Made by a program: the position numbers and the translations under genes. 64,000 nt of DNA from Octopus sinensis (lineage: Eukaryota), in contig NC_043000.1 of assembly GCF_006345805.1 (NCBI RefSeq), positions 28,892,001 to 28,956,000 on the forward strand. The letters are read 5' to 3'. Below the pieces are notes generated by a model, which searched no databases, was not told the origin of the DNA, and saw nothing but the letters and a program-made list of their open reading frames with translations. This document shows, in pieces, positions 1 through 12,906 of the stretch. Each line of letters starts with the position of its first letter. Position 1 is the stretch's first letter.

Positions 1-870
1 TTGCCTCTCCTCCTCTGGGAGTCGAAAAATTTAAAGTACACCTGCGCATAGGAGTCGATGTAATCGAGTAACACTCCTCCGTCTAAGATTACTGGCCACG
101 TCCCAAATTTCGAAATAGGTATTTCGTCTGTCTTCATGTTCTGAGTTCAAATTCTTTATCTTTCATCCTTTCGGGGTCGATAAATTAAGTACCAGTTGCG
201 TACTGGGGTCGATCTAATCGACTGGCCCCCTCCCCCAAAATTTCGGGCTTTGTACCTAGAGTAGGAAAGAATGCGCTAGCGATTGTGCTAGCACGTTTCT
301 TTACTAAAAAAAGAAAGCATTGGTTCTTTCTAATTTTGATACGAGACCAACAATTTTTGAATGGGACAGAAGGCAAGTCGTTTACAACGATTCCAGTGCT
401 TGACTGGAACTTATTTAAACGATCCCTTAGTAAAAGGCATTAATTATACTTTTAAAATGCTACCTTATTATTAGAACGCGAACTAGCAAAATCGTTAGAT
501 CGTCAGATAATTTGCTTAGCAAGATTTCTTTTGATTCTACGTTCTGAGTTTAAATTCCACCGAGATCGTTTTGCATTTCATCGTTTTCAGTTCGATCAAA
601 TAAAGTAAGTACGAATTGCGCACCGAAATTAATGCAGTCGATTAACCCCCCCCCCTCCCTAAAATTGCTGGCCACACACCAAACTTCGAAACCGTTATTA
701 GGTGGCGAACTAGAAGAACCGTTAACACGACGCACAAATTACTTCAGAGCGAGGTCGACTTTGCCTCTCCTCCTCTGGGAGTCGAAAAATTTAAGTACCA
801 CCTGCGCATAGGAGTCGATGTAATCGAGTAACACTCCTCCGTCTAAGATTACTGGCCACGTCCCAAATTA
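1..870 (+). mobile_element. Cluster of SINE family A fragments (tRNA-like head, GAGGTCGACTTTGCCTTTCATCC core)
   Basis: Motifs gttctgagttcaaatt, ctttcatcctttcggggtcgataaattaagtaccag and ggggtcgat recur here and at many other loci. 1-109 is nearly identical to 761-869. Confidence 0.8.
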
Positions 871-904
871 TTAATGCTTGGGCAGTATAGTGAGAGTGCC
901 GGAA

Positions 905-1198
905 ATGCAAACATGAATTGCAAAACAAAAGAACCTCATCTACTGCATCACATGACAACAATGCCACGAAAACTACATTGGGCAGACAGGAATGAAACTA
1001 ACCAGCCGTGTAAATGTACATAAACAACAAACTAAGGATTCATCTCTTAGGAATGTCTCATACAGTGAACATCTAGATATCTGTACAAATTGAAAATTTT
1101 AAATATTTCCATTATACAAAATAAACGATGAATACGTTTAACTACGAAAGGCAAAAGAAGAATAGTTTATAAGAATTCTAAATCTAAAATTAAATCGA
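905..1198 (+). pseudogene. Penelope-like retroelement GIY-YIG endonuclease remnant
   Basis: The frame from 932 reads NLIYCIT*QQCHENYIGQTGMKLTSRVNVHKQQTKDSSLRNVSYSEHLDIC..IFPLYK..LRKAKEE*FIRILNLKLN. This has the LIY/YIG motif, R and H residues and the KE..FI...LN terminus typical of PLE endonucleases, with in-frame stops. Confidence 0.85.
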
Positions 1199-1467
1199 AA
1201 ATAGCCAACTTTCCATATAATAAACACTGGGAAGAGAATATTTATGACTAAAACCGTAAGTCCGAAAATAAACCAGAATTAATACTATCACGTGTGTTTG
1301 AAAAGGTGAAACGAAAGCGCTCACGCACTAGAAAAAGAAACTTCTTCTCCAAAAAGGGTTAGTAACATCCTTATAAAAGATTTGATAACTTTTTAAAATA
1401 TTTTTTTAAATAACTTTTACGCTTCAAAACTGTATAAAGTAATTCTCATAGACTTTCAAATATATAT

Positions 1468-2320
1468 ACAGGCTTCTGTGGTGAAATGTCGTCTAAATTA
1501 CGCGTAAAGGAAAATATCACTGACATCTCATCTGAACAGATATATTTACCAAAATTACATGAAAATATCTTGAAATACTAAAGAGTAAATTTATTCAATA
1601 AAATCGCCATTGGCTTCAACCATGGCCCCCAGACGACTTCAAAATCTCTTGCAACTATTCTAGACGGTCTCCTTGTTTAAGTTGGTGAATGCTGCCATAA
1701 TCCTTACCTTCAGTTCATCTTTGGTGTTACAAGGAGTTCTGTTGGTCTCTCACTCAACTGCACTCCACACATAATAATGAATGAAGTTGCAGTCTGGGGA
1801 TTTAGGTGGCCAGATGTTAGGGGTGATGTGGTCGCAGAACTTGTATGACAGTCATGACTGGGTTCTCCTGATTGTGTGGCATGGTACAGAGTCCTGTTGC
1901 CAGACATAGGGTCTTCCAGAGCAAAATCAGGGCAGCACTACCTCTTCCAGGCATTTGATGTAGGACTCCGTGTTGAGTCTGAGGCCGTGTGAGAAGAGGA
2001 ATGGAGGCATAACGTCGCCATCACTAGTAATCACTTCAAACACCATGATGTTGACAGGATGCTTGATTCTTATCCCTCTCGGTACATGCTTGGGGGACTC
2101 AGATTGATACCCATCACTGAAATGTTCGTATTGGAGCTTCCGGTGCGAATGCCAAGTAGTACAGCATGTCGTTTCCAAATTTCTGGCAAAGAGAATTGCA
2201 TCATGGTGCTGTTTTTCTCACCGACAGTGCCCAACTGACCCAACTATACGGTGTAGTCGACAAAATCAAAAACAAAGTGATTGCGCAAAATCAAAAATAG
2301 GAAATGGCGACAATTATATT
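1468..2320 (-). mobile_element. Tc1/mariner DD37D (maT-like) transposon remnant, internally deleted
   Basis: Minus strand encodes VITSDGDVMPPF..GLRLNTESYIKCLEEVVLP and WQQDSVPCH..WPPKSPDCN..YYVW. It is homologous to 33010-34273 but lacks about 400 bp of the middle. Confidence 0.85.
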
Positions 2321-2373
2321 GTTAGAAACTTGAATTGATTAGAACTACCAGGTAAGTCATTATTTTTCTTTTT

Positions 2374-2411
<38 letters not shown>

Positions 2412-2423
2412 TATATGTATGTA

Positions 2424-2455
<32 letters not shown>

Positions 2456-4214
2456 GCGGCGGCTTTATTTCGTATCTAAGAATTTAGTTCCTTTTTTGTC
2501 GAACGCTTCATTTTGCATAAGATAAATGAATATATAAACAATGTTGTCATGTTGGTGACCATCCCTTCAGAAACTCTACGTCGAACATAACTGGGACTCG
2601 ATAGAGCAATCTATTCTTTATGGAAGGCTTTATAGAATGGTGAAACTTTACTAGCCCACACCACTTATTTACATTCAAGTGAACTGAATCATGTGAATTT
2701 TGACCAATGATAAGCTACCCATTACCATCCCGTAGTATTTTAAGGAATAGTGTACCCTGAAGACATTGACCAATATATCGTTTTTTGGGAGGTGGGGGGA
2801 ACGACATGCCTTCGTTTGAATTATGTTTGGCTGCTATTTCTACAAGATTGTGGTACCACGTAAACCACTCGATTGCCTTGTGAAAATGATAGCAGACGAT
2901 TCTACCGATTTGGTCCTTACTCTATCGATACTTCATCGACTGATTGGTCGGTAAATATATATACCTAGAATAAAAATAAAGGAACGAGTTAAACCATTGG
3001 CCCAAGCCACACATATCGAGAGGCAGAAGTAATTGGCTTAAAGTGGTCTGCGTACATTATTTGTACTTATTTCATCCGTCCCTGAGGAGATGATAAGCAT
3101 AGTCTAACTCAATGGGATTTGGATTAAGAATATAAAGAGATTTAACTGAATATTATTATTTTGCGAGTCTCATTTTACCGTTTCTATTTAGTAAAAGCCA
3201 AATGATATTTTTAAGAGGTTGATTGAAATCCATGATAAAAAAATAACTATTAACAAACGGTAAAAATTTTCTTCTCAGATATCATAAAAGAAACTGTATA
3301 AAGGAAGCAATCGAAATGGCAAAGAGAATTGAAATACACACGCATTCTTTCACAGACACACACTCACACATACTCAGATACACACACCCACGCATACACA
3401 TACACTGCTTTGATACCACGTTAATTCTACTGCGGTTTGTATTTAACCTACCACAACAAACCGATCGATATTTGCCTTAAGGGATGAGGAAAGGTTTTTA
3501 GTCAGCCATAGCTTGTGGCGAAAAGCAAATGAATGAATAATAATAGAACCCGGATTTGTAGTGTGTTATTTTCATGTTTTTTTTTTTTTGTTTGTTTTTG
3601 TGTAAAATAAAATCATGCTCCATCAATTCTCTGTTCCGTGAAATAACAAATGTATTTAAAGAGAAAATTTACATTTGGGGGTAATAGAGAGCTGATATAT
3701 GTGCGTACATACGAGTTTGTATAACACGTATGTTTTTATGTATATCCATATCAAACGCTGACAGTATTGAGGACATACGTAATGCAGTAGCGAGTCTCGT
3801 ACATGATTTTTTGCATAACTATTGTAAAATTTCATATTCTCGAGTTCAAATTACATCATCACCGCCTGCAGGCTTTTCCCCTACTTTTTAGAAATGTAAA
3901 TTAAATCCCTGCAATATTCTAATCTTGATACAGTCACCGTTTCCAAAGACTTCTTTCAAGTACAAATATCGTTTTATATTCAAATATCTCATAATATATT
4001 AACATGTTTTCCTATATTTTAATGAAGAGTCACCAGTTTCCGTGGCCAGTTGAACAATATGTGATATCCATAACAGCAGACACATAGAAAACACAGACAG
4101 ATATTATATACATGTGTGTGTTGTGTGGTGTGTTGTGTGTGTGGTGTGTGTGTGTGTGTGTGGTGTGTGTGTGTGTGTGCAAAAACTTATAAAATGGGTT
4201 GAAAATAACTCATT

Positions 4215-4457
4215 TACTCTTTTAATTGTTTCAGTCATTTGACTGCGACCAGGCTGAAGCACCGCCTTTAGTCGAGCAAATCGACCCCAGGGCTTATTCT
4301 TTGTAAGCCTAGTACTTATTTTATCGGTCTTTTTTGCCGAACTGCTAGGTTACAGGGACGTAAACACACCACCATCGGTTGTCAAACGATGTTGGGTGGA
4401 CAAACACAGACACACAAACATATGCACTAACATACATATATACATACATATATATTA

Positions 4458-4501
<44 letters not shown>

Positions 4502-4605
4502 GACGGGCTACTTTCAGTTTCCGTCTACCAAATCCACTCGCAAGGCTTTTGGGGGGCCCGAGGCTATAGCAGAAGACACTTGCCCAAGGTGCCACGCAGT
4601 GGGAC
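4215..4605 (-). mobile_element. SINE family B copy (5'-truncated, internal TA microsatellite)
   Basis: Reverse complement of the family body seen intact at 6782-7180. Confidence 0.9.
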
Positions 4606-4699
4606 AAGTTTTATTTTTTAACATAGGAAATAAGTATTTCTATTAGTTTTTATTGACTCTTAAGATATATGGTGTGGCTGCTTTGGAAGGCAACGTTTA

Positions 4700-4930
4700 T
4701 GATTTTTCTGAGGTCTCAAAAGGTTTCGAGTCTTTCAACATCAGATCCCACCCGTAGCCCGGTTGACCCACCTGGAGATGTTCAAGTCCCACCTTGTATC
4801 CCAATAGTAGCAAACCACTGCTCTGCCCATTTTATCCAAAGTCACAAAGTGGCCTCCTCTGCAGTTTCCATGATGGAGGCAATGGCCCTCGCCTGCTCCA
4901 AGCCCAGTCAGAACTTTCAAGCTTGGACGC
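4700..4930 (-). mobile_element. 3' end of a HERO-like RLE non-LTR retrotransposon
   Basis: Minus frame LGLEQARAIASIMETAEEATL*LWIKWAEQW resembles the HERO C-terminus (RAI...EAAEKASRWLWIKR...W). It is followed by a 3'UTR motif tctgatgttgaaagactcgaaacc that I recall from HERO elements. Confidence 0.6.
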
Positions 4931-5002
4931 TCAAAGATACATAAGTATATTTTCACATAATTAATGTCTTTATAAAACAGTTTTATCGTTAAATAATATT
5001 AT

Positions 5003-5644
5003 TTTCTACTCTAGGCACAAAGCCCGAAATTTTGGGGGAGGGTGCCAGTCGATTAGATCGACCCCAGTATGCAATTGATGCTTAATTTATCGACTCCGAG
5101 AGGATGAAAGGCAAAGTCGACCTCGGTGGAATTTGAACTCGGGGCGTAAAGACAGACGATATACCTATTTCTTTACTACCTAAAAGGGGCTAAACACAGA
5201 GAGGACAAACAAGGACAGACAAACGGATTAAGTCGATTATATCACCCCCAGTGCGTAACTGGTACTTATTTAATCGACCCCGAAAACATGAAAGGCAAAG
5301 TCGACCTCGGTCGAATTTGAACTCAGAACGTAACGGCAGACGAAATACGGCTACGCATTTCGCACCGCGTGCTAACGTTTCTGCCAGCTCACCGCCATAA
5401 ACAGACGAAATACCTATTTCTTTACTACCCACAAGGGGCTAAACACAGAGGGGACTAACAAGGACAGACAAACGGATTAAGTCGATTATATCGACCCCAG
5501 TGCGTAACTGGTACTTATTTAATCGACCCCGACAGGATGAAAGGCAAAGTCGACCTCGGCGGAATTTGAACTCAGAACGTAACGACAGACGAAATACGGC
5601 TACGCATTTCGCCCTGCTGCTAACGTCTCTGCCAGCTCGCCGCC
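5003..5644 (-). mobile_element. Three head-to-tail SINE family A units
   Basis: Repeated ggatgaaaggcaaagtcgacctcgg..aatttgaactc blocks. Heads (cagctcgccgcc) end near 5397 and 5644. Confidence 0.9.
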
Positions 5645-5962
5645 TTTTTATCGTAAAAATTTTAGATGTCAGATTGTGAGTTTTACACACAAAAAAAAAC
5701 AAAAAAGAGGGAGAATTACACTGTACTGAATAGTTTTCGTATAGAAAAATGTTTTGGCATGCAAAAAGGCTTTACCAAATAAATATTAAGGCATGATGTA
5801 ACCAAATAGGTTTAGCAGGGAAAAGAAAATCACATCTTGCCAAACGTGTTTTGTTGTTCTGCCGCCTTCAAGGCATTTTTAGATCATGTCTAAACATGTG
5901 TGTCTTAGTGTGTAATGTGTGCGCGTTCGTGTGTGTGTGTTTAGAATTGCACTTCATGTCTG

Positions 5963-6044
5963 AGGCACTGATGAAGCTATAGGGCGATAAACAAGCATTC
6001 AACTATGAGAATATTGCATCTTATAGCAGAAAGAGCTGTAAGCT
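5963..6044 (+). ncRNA. Degenerate PLE-type hammerhead ribozyme motif
   Basis: CTGATGA-A-GCTATAG...TTATAGC-A-GAAA-GAGCTGTA followed by AATAAA. Stem II pairs; stems I and III are imperfect. Confidence 0.4.
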
Positions 6045-6178
6045 AATAAAGTTCATGATGCCATTTCTTCTTCCCTTGTGATTTTAATTTCTTATTACTG
6101 CTTTCTACCCAACTGTTGCTTTGTTCTGAAGCATTTGTATACTGAGTTCTAACACCAGGTATCATAACGACTAAGCGA

Positions 6179-6235
<57 letters not shown>

Positions 6236-6239
6236 TGGT

Positions 6240-6680
6240 ATAAAAGACGGGCTACAGCAAATATTCTGCTCAATACCACAGATTTGCTTGTCAGTTGTTT
6301 GGCCTTAACCAGTTGAGCATGTCCCTTAGTGGCTGACGATATGTGCATCTCTGATCACGAGCAGAAGTAGTGGGGGAGCATCATGGCCATGTGTTGAGAG
6401 GGATTCTTTGGGGTTTGAATAATTCACCTCTGGAAACATAGGTGTTTCGTTCAACATCCTAAAGCAACCCTTATTCAGGGACCTTTTGAGCAGGATGGTC
6501 TACTCAACCTGAAGAAAATTCTAACTGGGCTCCACCTGCAAGGTCATGTGCTGTTTATCTTGATATGAGATCACCATGTCGCGCACATATGGTTGTGATG
6601 CATGTGCCTGGTGTACCTTTATCGTATATTTTACCCCAGTGTCACTTTGATGGCATGAACTGCTCTCTCACTCAATAATA
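6240..6680 (+). repeat. Interspersed repeat family E (SINE body or LINE 3'UTR) ending in (AAT)n, copy 1
   Basis: Colinear with 7255-7700. Both end ctgctctctcactc(aat)n. Confidence 0.8.
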
Positions 6681-6704
6681 ATAATAATAATAATAAAAAT
6701 GATG

Positions 6705-6780
<76 letters not shown>

Positions 6781-6781
6781 C

Positions 6782-7180
6782 AGGCGCAGGAGTGGCTACG
6801 TGGTAAGTAGCTTGTTTACCAACCACATGGTTACGGGTTCAGTCCCACTGCGTGGCACCTTGGGCAAGTGTCTTCTACTATAGCCTCGGACCGACCAAAA
6901 CCTTGTGAGTGGATTTGGTAGACAGAAACTGAAAGAAGCCCGTCGTATATATGCATATATATATATATGTATATATGTCTGTGTTTGTCCCCCTAGCATT
7001 GCGTGACAACCGATGCTGGTGTGTTTATGTCCCCGTCACTTAGTGGTTCGGCAAAAGAGAACGATAGAATAAGTACTGGGCTTACAAAGAATAAGTCCCG
7101 GGGTCGAGTTTCTCGACTAAAGACGGTGCTCCAGCATGGCCGCAGTCAAAATGACTGAAACAAGTAAAAGAGTAAAAGAG
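6782..7180 (+). mobile_element. Full-length SINE family B (tRNA-derived)
   Basis: Head ggcgcaggagtggct..gtggtaag (A box) and gggttcagtccc (B-box-like), a conserved body with internal TA/TG tract, and tail ggtgctccagcatggccgcagtcaaaatgactgaaacaagtaaaagag. More than 15 relatives lie in the window. Confidence 0.9.
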
Positions 7181-7184
7181 AGAG

Positions 7185-7692
7185 TACTGGCTGTCGTGGC
7201 TTCTGGTCTTAACTGATTGGAAGTGTTATCATGTACACGTTTTATCTTTGGGTGGACTACAGCAAATATTCTACTCAATACCACAGATTTGCTTGTCAGT
7301 TGTTTGACTTTAACCAGTTGAGAATGCCCCTTAATGACTGGCGATATTTGCATCCCTGATGGCGAACAGAAATAGTAGGGGACCATCATAGCCATGTGTT
7401 GCGAGGAATTCTTTGGGGTTTGAATAATTCACCTGGAAACATGGGTGTTTCGTACATCAATCTTAAACCACCCTTATTCAAGGACCTTTTGAGCGGGAGG
7501 AAATACTAACAGGGACTCACATGTAATGCCATGTACTGTTTATCTTAATATAAGGTCACCGTGTTGCGCACATATGATTGTTATGCATGTGCCTGGTGTA
7601 CCCTTATGAGACGGATAATCATGGTGGGTAAACTGGGATTCATATATTTATAGCCCAGTGTCACTGTGATGGCATGCACTGCTCTCTCACTC

Positions 7693-7700
<8 letters not shown>
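7185..7700 (+). repeat. Interspersed repeat family E, copy 2
   Basis: Diverged copy of 6240-6680 with a longer 5' part and an (AAT)n tail. Confidence 0.8.
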
Positions 7701-7736
<36 letters not shown>

Positions 7737-7769
7737 CAACAACAACGATAATTATAATAATAATTGTCG

Positions 7770-8635
7770 AACGACGAGAATGAGTGCTCAACACCGCATT
7801 GATGGATAGATGATATGTCACAAGCTACGGAGACTCGGCATAATGGGAAAACTGGGAGACTGTTTACATGACTTCTTAAAAGACTAAAGGCGGGTTGTGG
7901 TAGCCGATGAACCCTCTTCAAAGAGACAGTAGCAGTGAGTGGAGTCCCTCGGGGAACCGTCATAGAAATGCTGCTGTTAATGGTAGCGCTTCCAGACATA
8001 CAATCAGTTACACAGATAATCGCACTTACTAACAATGCGAACGACACAAAAACTGAATAAGTAGCCTAGGAACATTCCGATTCAGCAATTCTACAGAAAG
8101 GCCGAGATACCATGTATAAATGGGCTGAAGAAAACAACATGCAATTTAATGCAGGTAAATTCCAAACCTTCAGTTATCAGCGAGCTTGGGTAAACATGCC
8201 GCAACAACGATACTTTGGACTAAAGGAAGTAGCAATCCCAGAATCAAGTACAGTGAGTGATCGGATTGTGGATATAAGCAACAATACTTCGTTTCATGTA
8301 TATATCACCGAGATGGTGGCAATATGCGGGTAAATGGCCGGATGAATTCAAATAGCCTCCAGAACAAGTGGCCATGAAACTATGCTGGTTCTATGTAGGA
8401 CATTTGTATTCAGTCGTTTGGACTACTGCTTTCAACGTGGCCACAGTGTCAATATAATAGCGGAACTTGACGCAGTTCAGCAGTACTATACGAGGAAGAT
8501 TTCAGCAATGGAACAGCTGAGCTACTGGGAGAGACTAAAAGCGGTAAAACTCTACTTGGTGGAGTGAAGACGGGCGAGTTATGCAGTGATATAAGTATGG
8601 AAAAGCCTGGAGGTGTTAGCAGGAAACTATGACAT
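7770..8635 (+). pseudogene. CR1/L2-group LINE reverse transcriptase C-terminal remnant
   Basis: VSGVPRGTV (SGVPQG), NANDTK (YADD-like), YKWAEENNMQFNAGKFQ, SRLDYC and LSYWERLKAVKLYLVE, with frameshifts and stops. Confidence 0.85.
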
Positions 8636-8642
8636 CAAAAGC

Positions 8643-8687
<45 letters not shown>

Positions 8688-8690
8688 ACG

Positions 8691-8735
<45 letters not shown>

Positions 8736-8769
8736 TTACATACATATATATACATATATATGCATATAT

Positions 8770-9180
8770 GTGTGGTAAATAGCTTGCTTACCAACCACAT
8801 GATACCTGGTTCAGTCCCACTGCGTGACACCTCGGGCAAGTGTGTTCTACTATAGCCTCGGGCCGACCAAAGCCTTGTGAGTGGATTTGGTAGATGGAAA
8901 CTGAAAGAAGCCCGTTGTATACATGTATATATACATATATATGTATGTATGTGTCTGTGTATACGTTTGTGTGTCTGTGTTTGTTCCCCCAACAGCGCTT
9001 GACAACCGATGGTGGTGTGTTGCGTCCCCGTAACTTAGCCGTTCGGCAAAAGAGACCGATAGAATAAGTACTAGGCTTACAAAGGAAAAGTTCTGGGGTC
9101 GATTTGCTCGACTTAAGTCGGTGCTCCAGCATGGCCCCATTCAAATGACTGAAGCAAGTAAAAGAGTGAAAGGGTAAAAG
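8770..9180 (+). mobile_element. SINE family B copy
   Basis: Same body and tail as 6782-7180. Confidence 0.9.
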
Positions 9181-9273
9181 ACTATATACATAAATATACT
9201 TACATGTGTCTATATATTTGTGTTTGTGTGTATGTTTGTGTGCATGTGTGTATGTGTGTATGTGTGTGTGTGG

Positions 9274-9304
<31 letters not shown>

Positions 9305-9662
9305 TGTGTGTGTGTGTGTCTATACCATGGTGTTACACGTCATATGTAGGCTGACTTTGAAAGTGTACTTTTGCATCTATGGGTAATATCAGGAATATAT
9401 GGCATGGCATACAGACAATGATTATAATTTAACTTTTATCAAATTTGTTGGCACTTATTCAAAGTGATGAGATGAATACTAAGTTTGAAAAGAAAATTGT
9501 TTATAACCTTAAAATAAAATCATATAAAATAATATTCAAAAGATAAAAATGAAATGAAAACAAAATTACTCTCCGTGTCGGCTTTATATTATGGAAACTC
9601 ACTTTCTCTCTCTCTCTCACTCTCTCTCTCACCCTCCCTCCCTCTCTCTATCTATCTATCTA

Positions 9663-9708
<46 letters not shown>

Positions 9709-10347
9709 TCTCTTCAATTTTCTATACGATGTAAAAATCAACCTACATTCATATCGGCTATTATACATACCTATATAAATATAATTACACACACGCACAC
9801 ACACGCACACACTCGTAGACACGCACACATACACACACACTAACACTGACACGCGCACGTGCACACATACATACACACATGCACACACACACACATATAT
9901 GTACATATTTATGCATAAACATGCACACATACATAAACACACACACATGTATATATATATACTTATTTATACACGCACATACTCGCACGGACACACACGC
10001 ATATACATGTGTGTGACGGGTGTGTGTGTGTGTGTGTGTGCGTGTGTGTGTGTATGTGCACGGTGCATATATGTAGGATTTATGGAGCTTGTGCAGTAAT
10101 TCTGCTAAGGAAAAAGAAAACCTTCAAAATGAACCCTGGGTGAGTCCATTTACTCGAAAGGTTTAGGAAAACACCCTCTGGCTTACAGATTCATTTGAAT
10201 TAATTTCCGATGATCCTGCCCTTTCTTCTCACTGGATATTTAACTATGACCACGAATGCTTAGAGAGTAGCATACCTGTCATACTGATATGTGTTATAAA
10301 ATTCGGCATTCATGGCATAAAATAATGTAATCATATGTATCTGAGTG

Positions 10348-10610
10348 GGGGAACATGGCCTAGTGGTTAGAGCAGCGGACTCGCGGTCGAGGGATCGCGG
10401 GTTCGAATCTAAGCTCCAGGCGGCTCCGGCAGAAGGTAATGACGAACCTCTGCTGATTCTTTCGCCATAACTCTCTCTCACACTTACCTCCTGCATCTTG
10501 CAGCTCACCTGCGACGGACTGGCATCCCGTCCAGGTGGGGAACCTATACGCCAAGGAAACCGGGAAACCGGTCCTTATGAATCAGGCGTGGCTCGAGAAG
10601 GAACAAAAAA
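10348..10610 (+). mobile_element. SINE family D (tRNA-Arg-like head)
   Basis: tggcctagtggttagagc (A box), gggttcgaatc (B box), body cctgcgacggactggcatcccgtccagg and an A-rich tail. A second copy lies at 16995-17214. Confidence 0.85.
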
Positions 10611-10617
10611 GAAAAAA

Positions 10618-10658
<41 letters not shown>

Positions 10659-11209
10659 GTGTGTGTGTGTGTATGTGTGTGTGTGTGCGTTGACATATAC
10701 ATACATATACGTATTTAGAAGAAGAATGTTGTTACACGGCTTGCAGAATTCGAATGCCACATCTGCTGTAAACCGTATATATCAGCTAATTACTGCACTA
10801 AAGTAGTATTACAGCCTTTTATTATTAACGGACTTAAATTAAGTTGCTACGACGATATACTAATGACTTATCAACAGGAATCTCAGTCTGCACAGTATGA
10901 AGGTATTGTATTATACAGATATACATAATACAAACTCGCTCCACAGCATTTACAGAAGTAACCCTACATCCCTTTCGTTGCATATTTGGAACTTAAGGGA
11001 AAATCATATAAATATAAATATGGACTGGACAAGACTGAACCGTATCTATTTTTGTTGTATATTTGTTTATTGCTCTTCGTTGACTGATTCAGAGGTTACC
11101 TTGCATATAGCGATGGATAATGTTTTGCTAAAATTGCTTAATTTTTTATCACCTATCTTCGGTAAAGTGAGTGGTTGTGGTATCTATAGATGTCGATTAC
11201 ACCAATATG

Positions 11210-11470
11210 CTCTGAGAGAGAATTTCGTAGATGGAAACTGTATAGAAGCCCGTAGTATATATAAGTGTCTATGTGTGTCTGTCCTCTTCCCATCGCATCG
11301 CTTGACAACCAGGTGTTTGCTTGTTTACGTCCCCATGACTTAGCTGTTCGCCAAAATAGTTCCATTGAATAAATATCAGTTTTAAGAAATAAGTACTGAG
11401 ATCAATTTACTCGACTAAATACTTCAAGACAAAGCCACAACATGGCCACAGTTCAATGACCGAAGCAAGT
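11210..11470 (+). mobile_element. Old, diverged SINE family B copy
   Basis: gtagatggaaactg..gaagcccg, cgcttgacaacc and catggccacagttcaatgac. Confidence 0.7.
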
Positions 11471-11634
11471 AGTTGTTAAAATACGATAAAAGATCAACAT
11501 GCTAAAACGTCAATCGTCATTGCGTTTGGCTTTTCTCCGCTTTAAAAACGAATATTCTCAGGAAGAGGAATATTCAAGCTATACAATAAAGTTGCAATAT
11601 TTTGGATATTCCAAGTATATATTAGGTGGTCATG

Positions 11635-12008
11635 TGGAGGCGCAATGGCCCAGTGGTTAGGGCAGCGGACTCGCGGTCGTAAGATTGCGGTTTCGATTCC
11701 CAGACCGGGCGTTGTGAGTGTTTATCGAGCGAAAACGCCTAAAGCTCCACGATGTTCATGCAGGGAGTGGTGAAGAACCCCACTGTACTCTTTCACCACA
11801 ACTTTCTCTTTCTTCATGTTTCTTTTATACCTGTATTTCAAAGAGCCAGACATGTCACACTCTGCGTCAGGCTGAATCTCCTCGGGAACTACATTAAGGG
11901 TACACGTGTCTGTCGAGTGCTCAGCCACTTGCACGTTAATTTCACGAGCAGGCTGTTCCATTGATCGGATCAACTGGAACCCTCGTGGTCGCAACCGACG
12001 GAGTGCCA
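11635..12008 (+). mobile_element. SINE family C (tRNA-Arg-like head shared with family D)
   Basis: ggaggcgcaatggcccagtggttagggcagcggactcgcggtcg..ggtttcgattccc. Colinear with 34408-34791. Confidence 0.9.
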
Positions 12009-12189
12009 CGATATGTGGTGATGAACGATAGCAATCCTAGAGACTCTCTTTCGTTAAATCAATTTTCTACTTGAATTTTTGGCAAACTTATATATTCTAG
12101 AATGGTCTATCTTAGTTTTCTATCTTCCCAAATTAATTTTACATTTAAACTACGCACAATGAACCCAATGTAATTCAGCACCCCAATCG

Positions 12190-12221
12190 TGTGTTGTGTG
12201 TGTTCGTGTGCGTGTGTGTTA

Positions 12222-12271
<50 letters not shown>

Positions 12272-12630
12272 TATATATATATAATATATATATTACATAC
12301 ATATATATTACATATATATATGTATAATATATATGTTATATATGTATATATATATGTATATATATACATATATATATGTACATATATATATATAGTATAT
12401 GTACATATATATATATGTACACTCACATATATATACATGTGAGTGTATGTATGCGTATGTGAGTGTACATATATATACACACGCACATGTATGTATATGC
12501 ATAGATCAATATACACACTTGCGTACACACATATATATCAGTGTGTGTGTGTGTGTTGTGTGTGTGCGTGTGCATGTCTGTGTGTCCGTTCGAGCGCGTT
12601 TGTGTGTGTTCGTGTGCCTTTATGTGTAGG
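12190..12630. repeat. Compound (TA)n/(TG)n microsatellite
   Basis: Direct inspection. Confidence 0.95.
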
Positions 12631-12853
12631 CACGAGTGCGCATTGGTGTATTAAAATATTTAAATTGAAAAAAATAATAAGATTGGTGCCAAATTTCAGC
12701 AATCAATTAGGGCATTTCTGAAACAATTATCGTAAACAGTATCAAGTACAGAAATGGCTGTCTGCAACTCTCCCCTATCTCCCCTTTCTCTCTATCTCTT
12801 CCTCCCTCCTCCCTCTAATTTTTCTCTCTATCTATCTATCTTTTTATCTCTCT

Positions 12854-12906
<53 letters not shown>

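Noticed and set aside
11636-11710. tRNA-Arg-like sequence (also at 10350, 16995, 24612, 32401, 34410)
   Set aside because: These are SINE heads. They run into repeat bodies and lack a complete cloverleaf.
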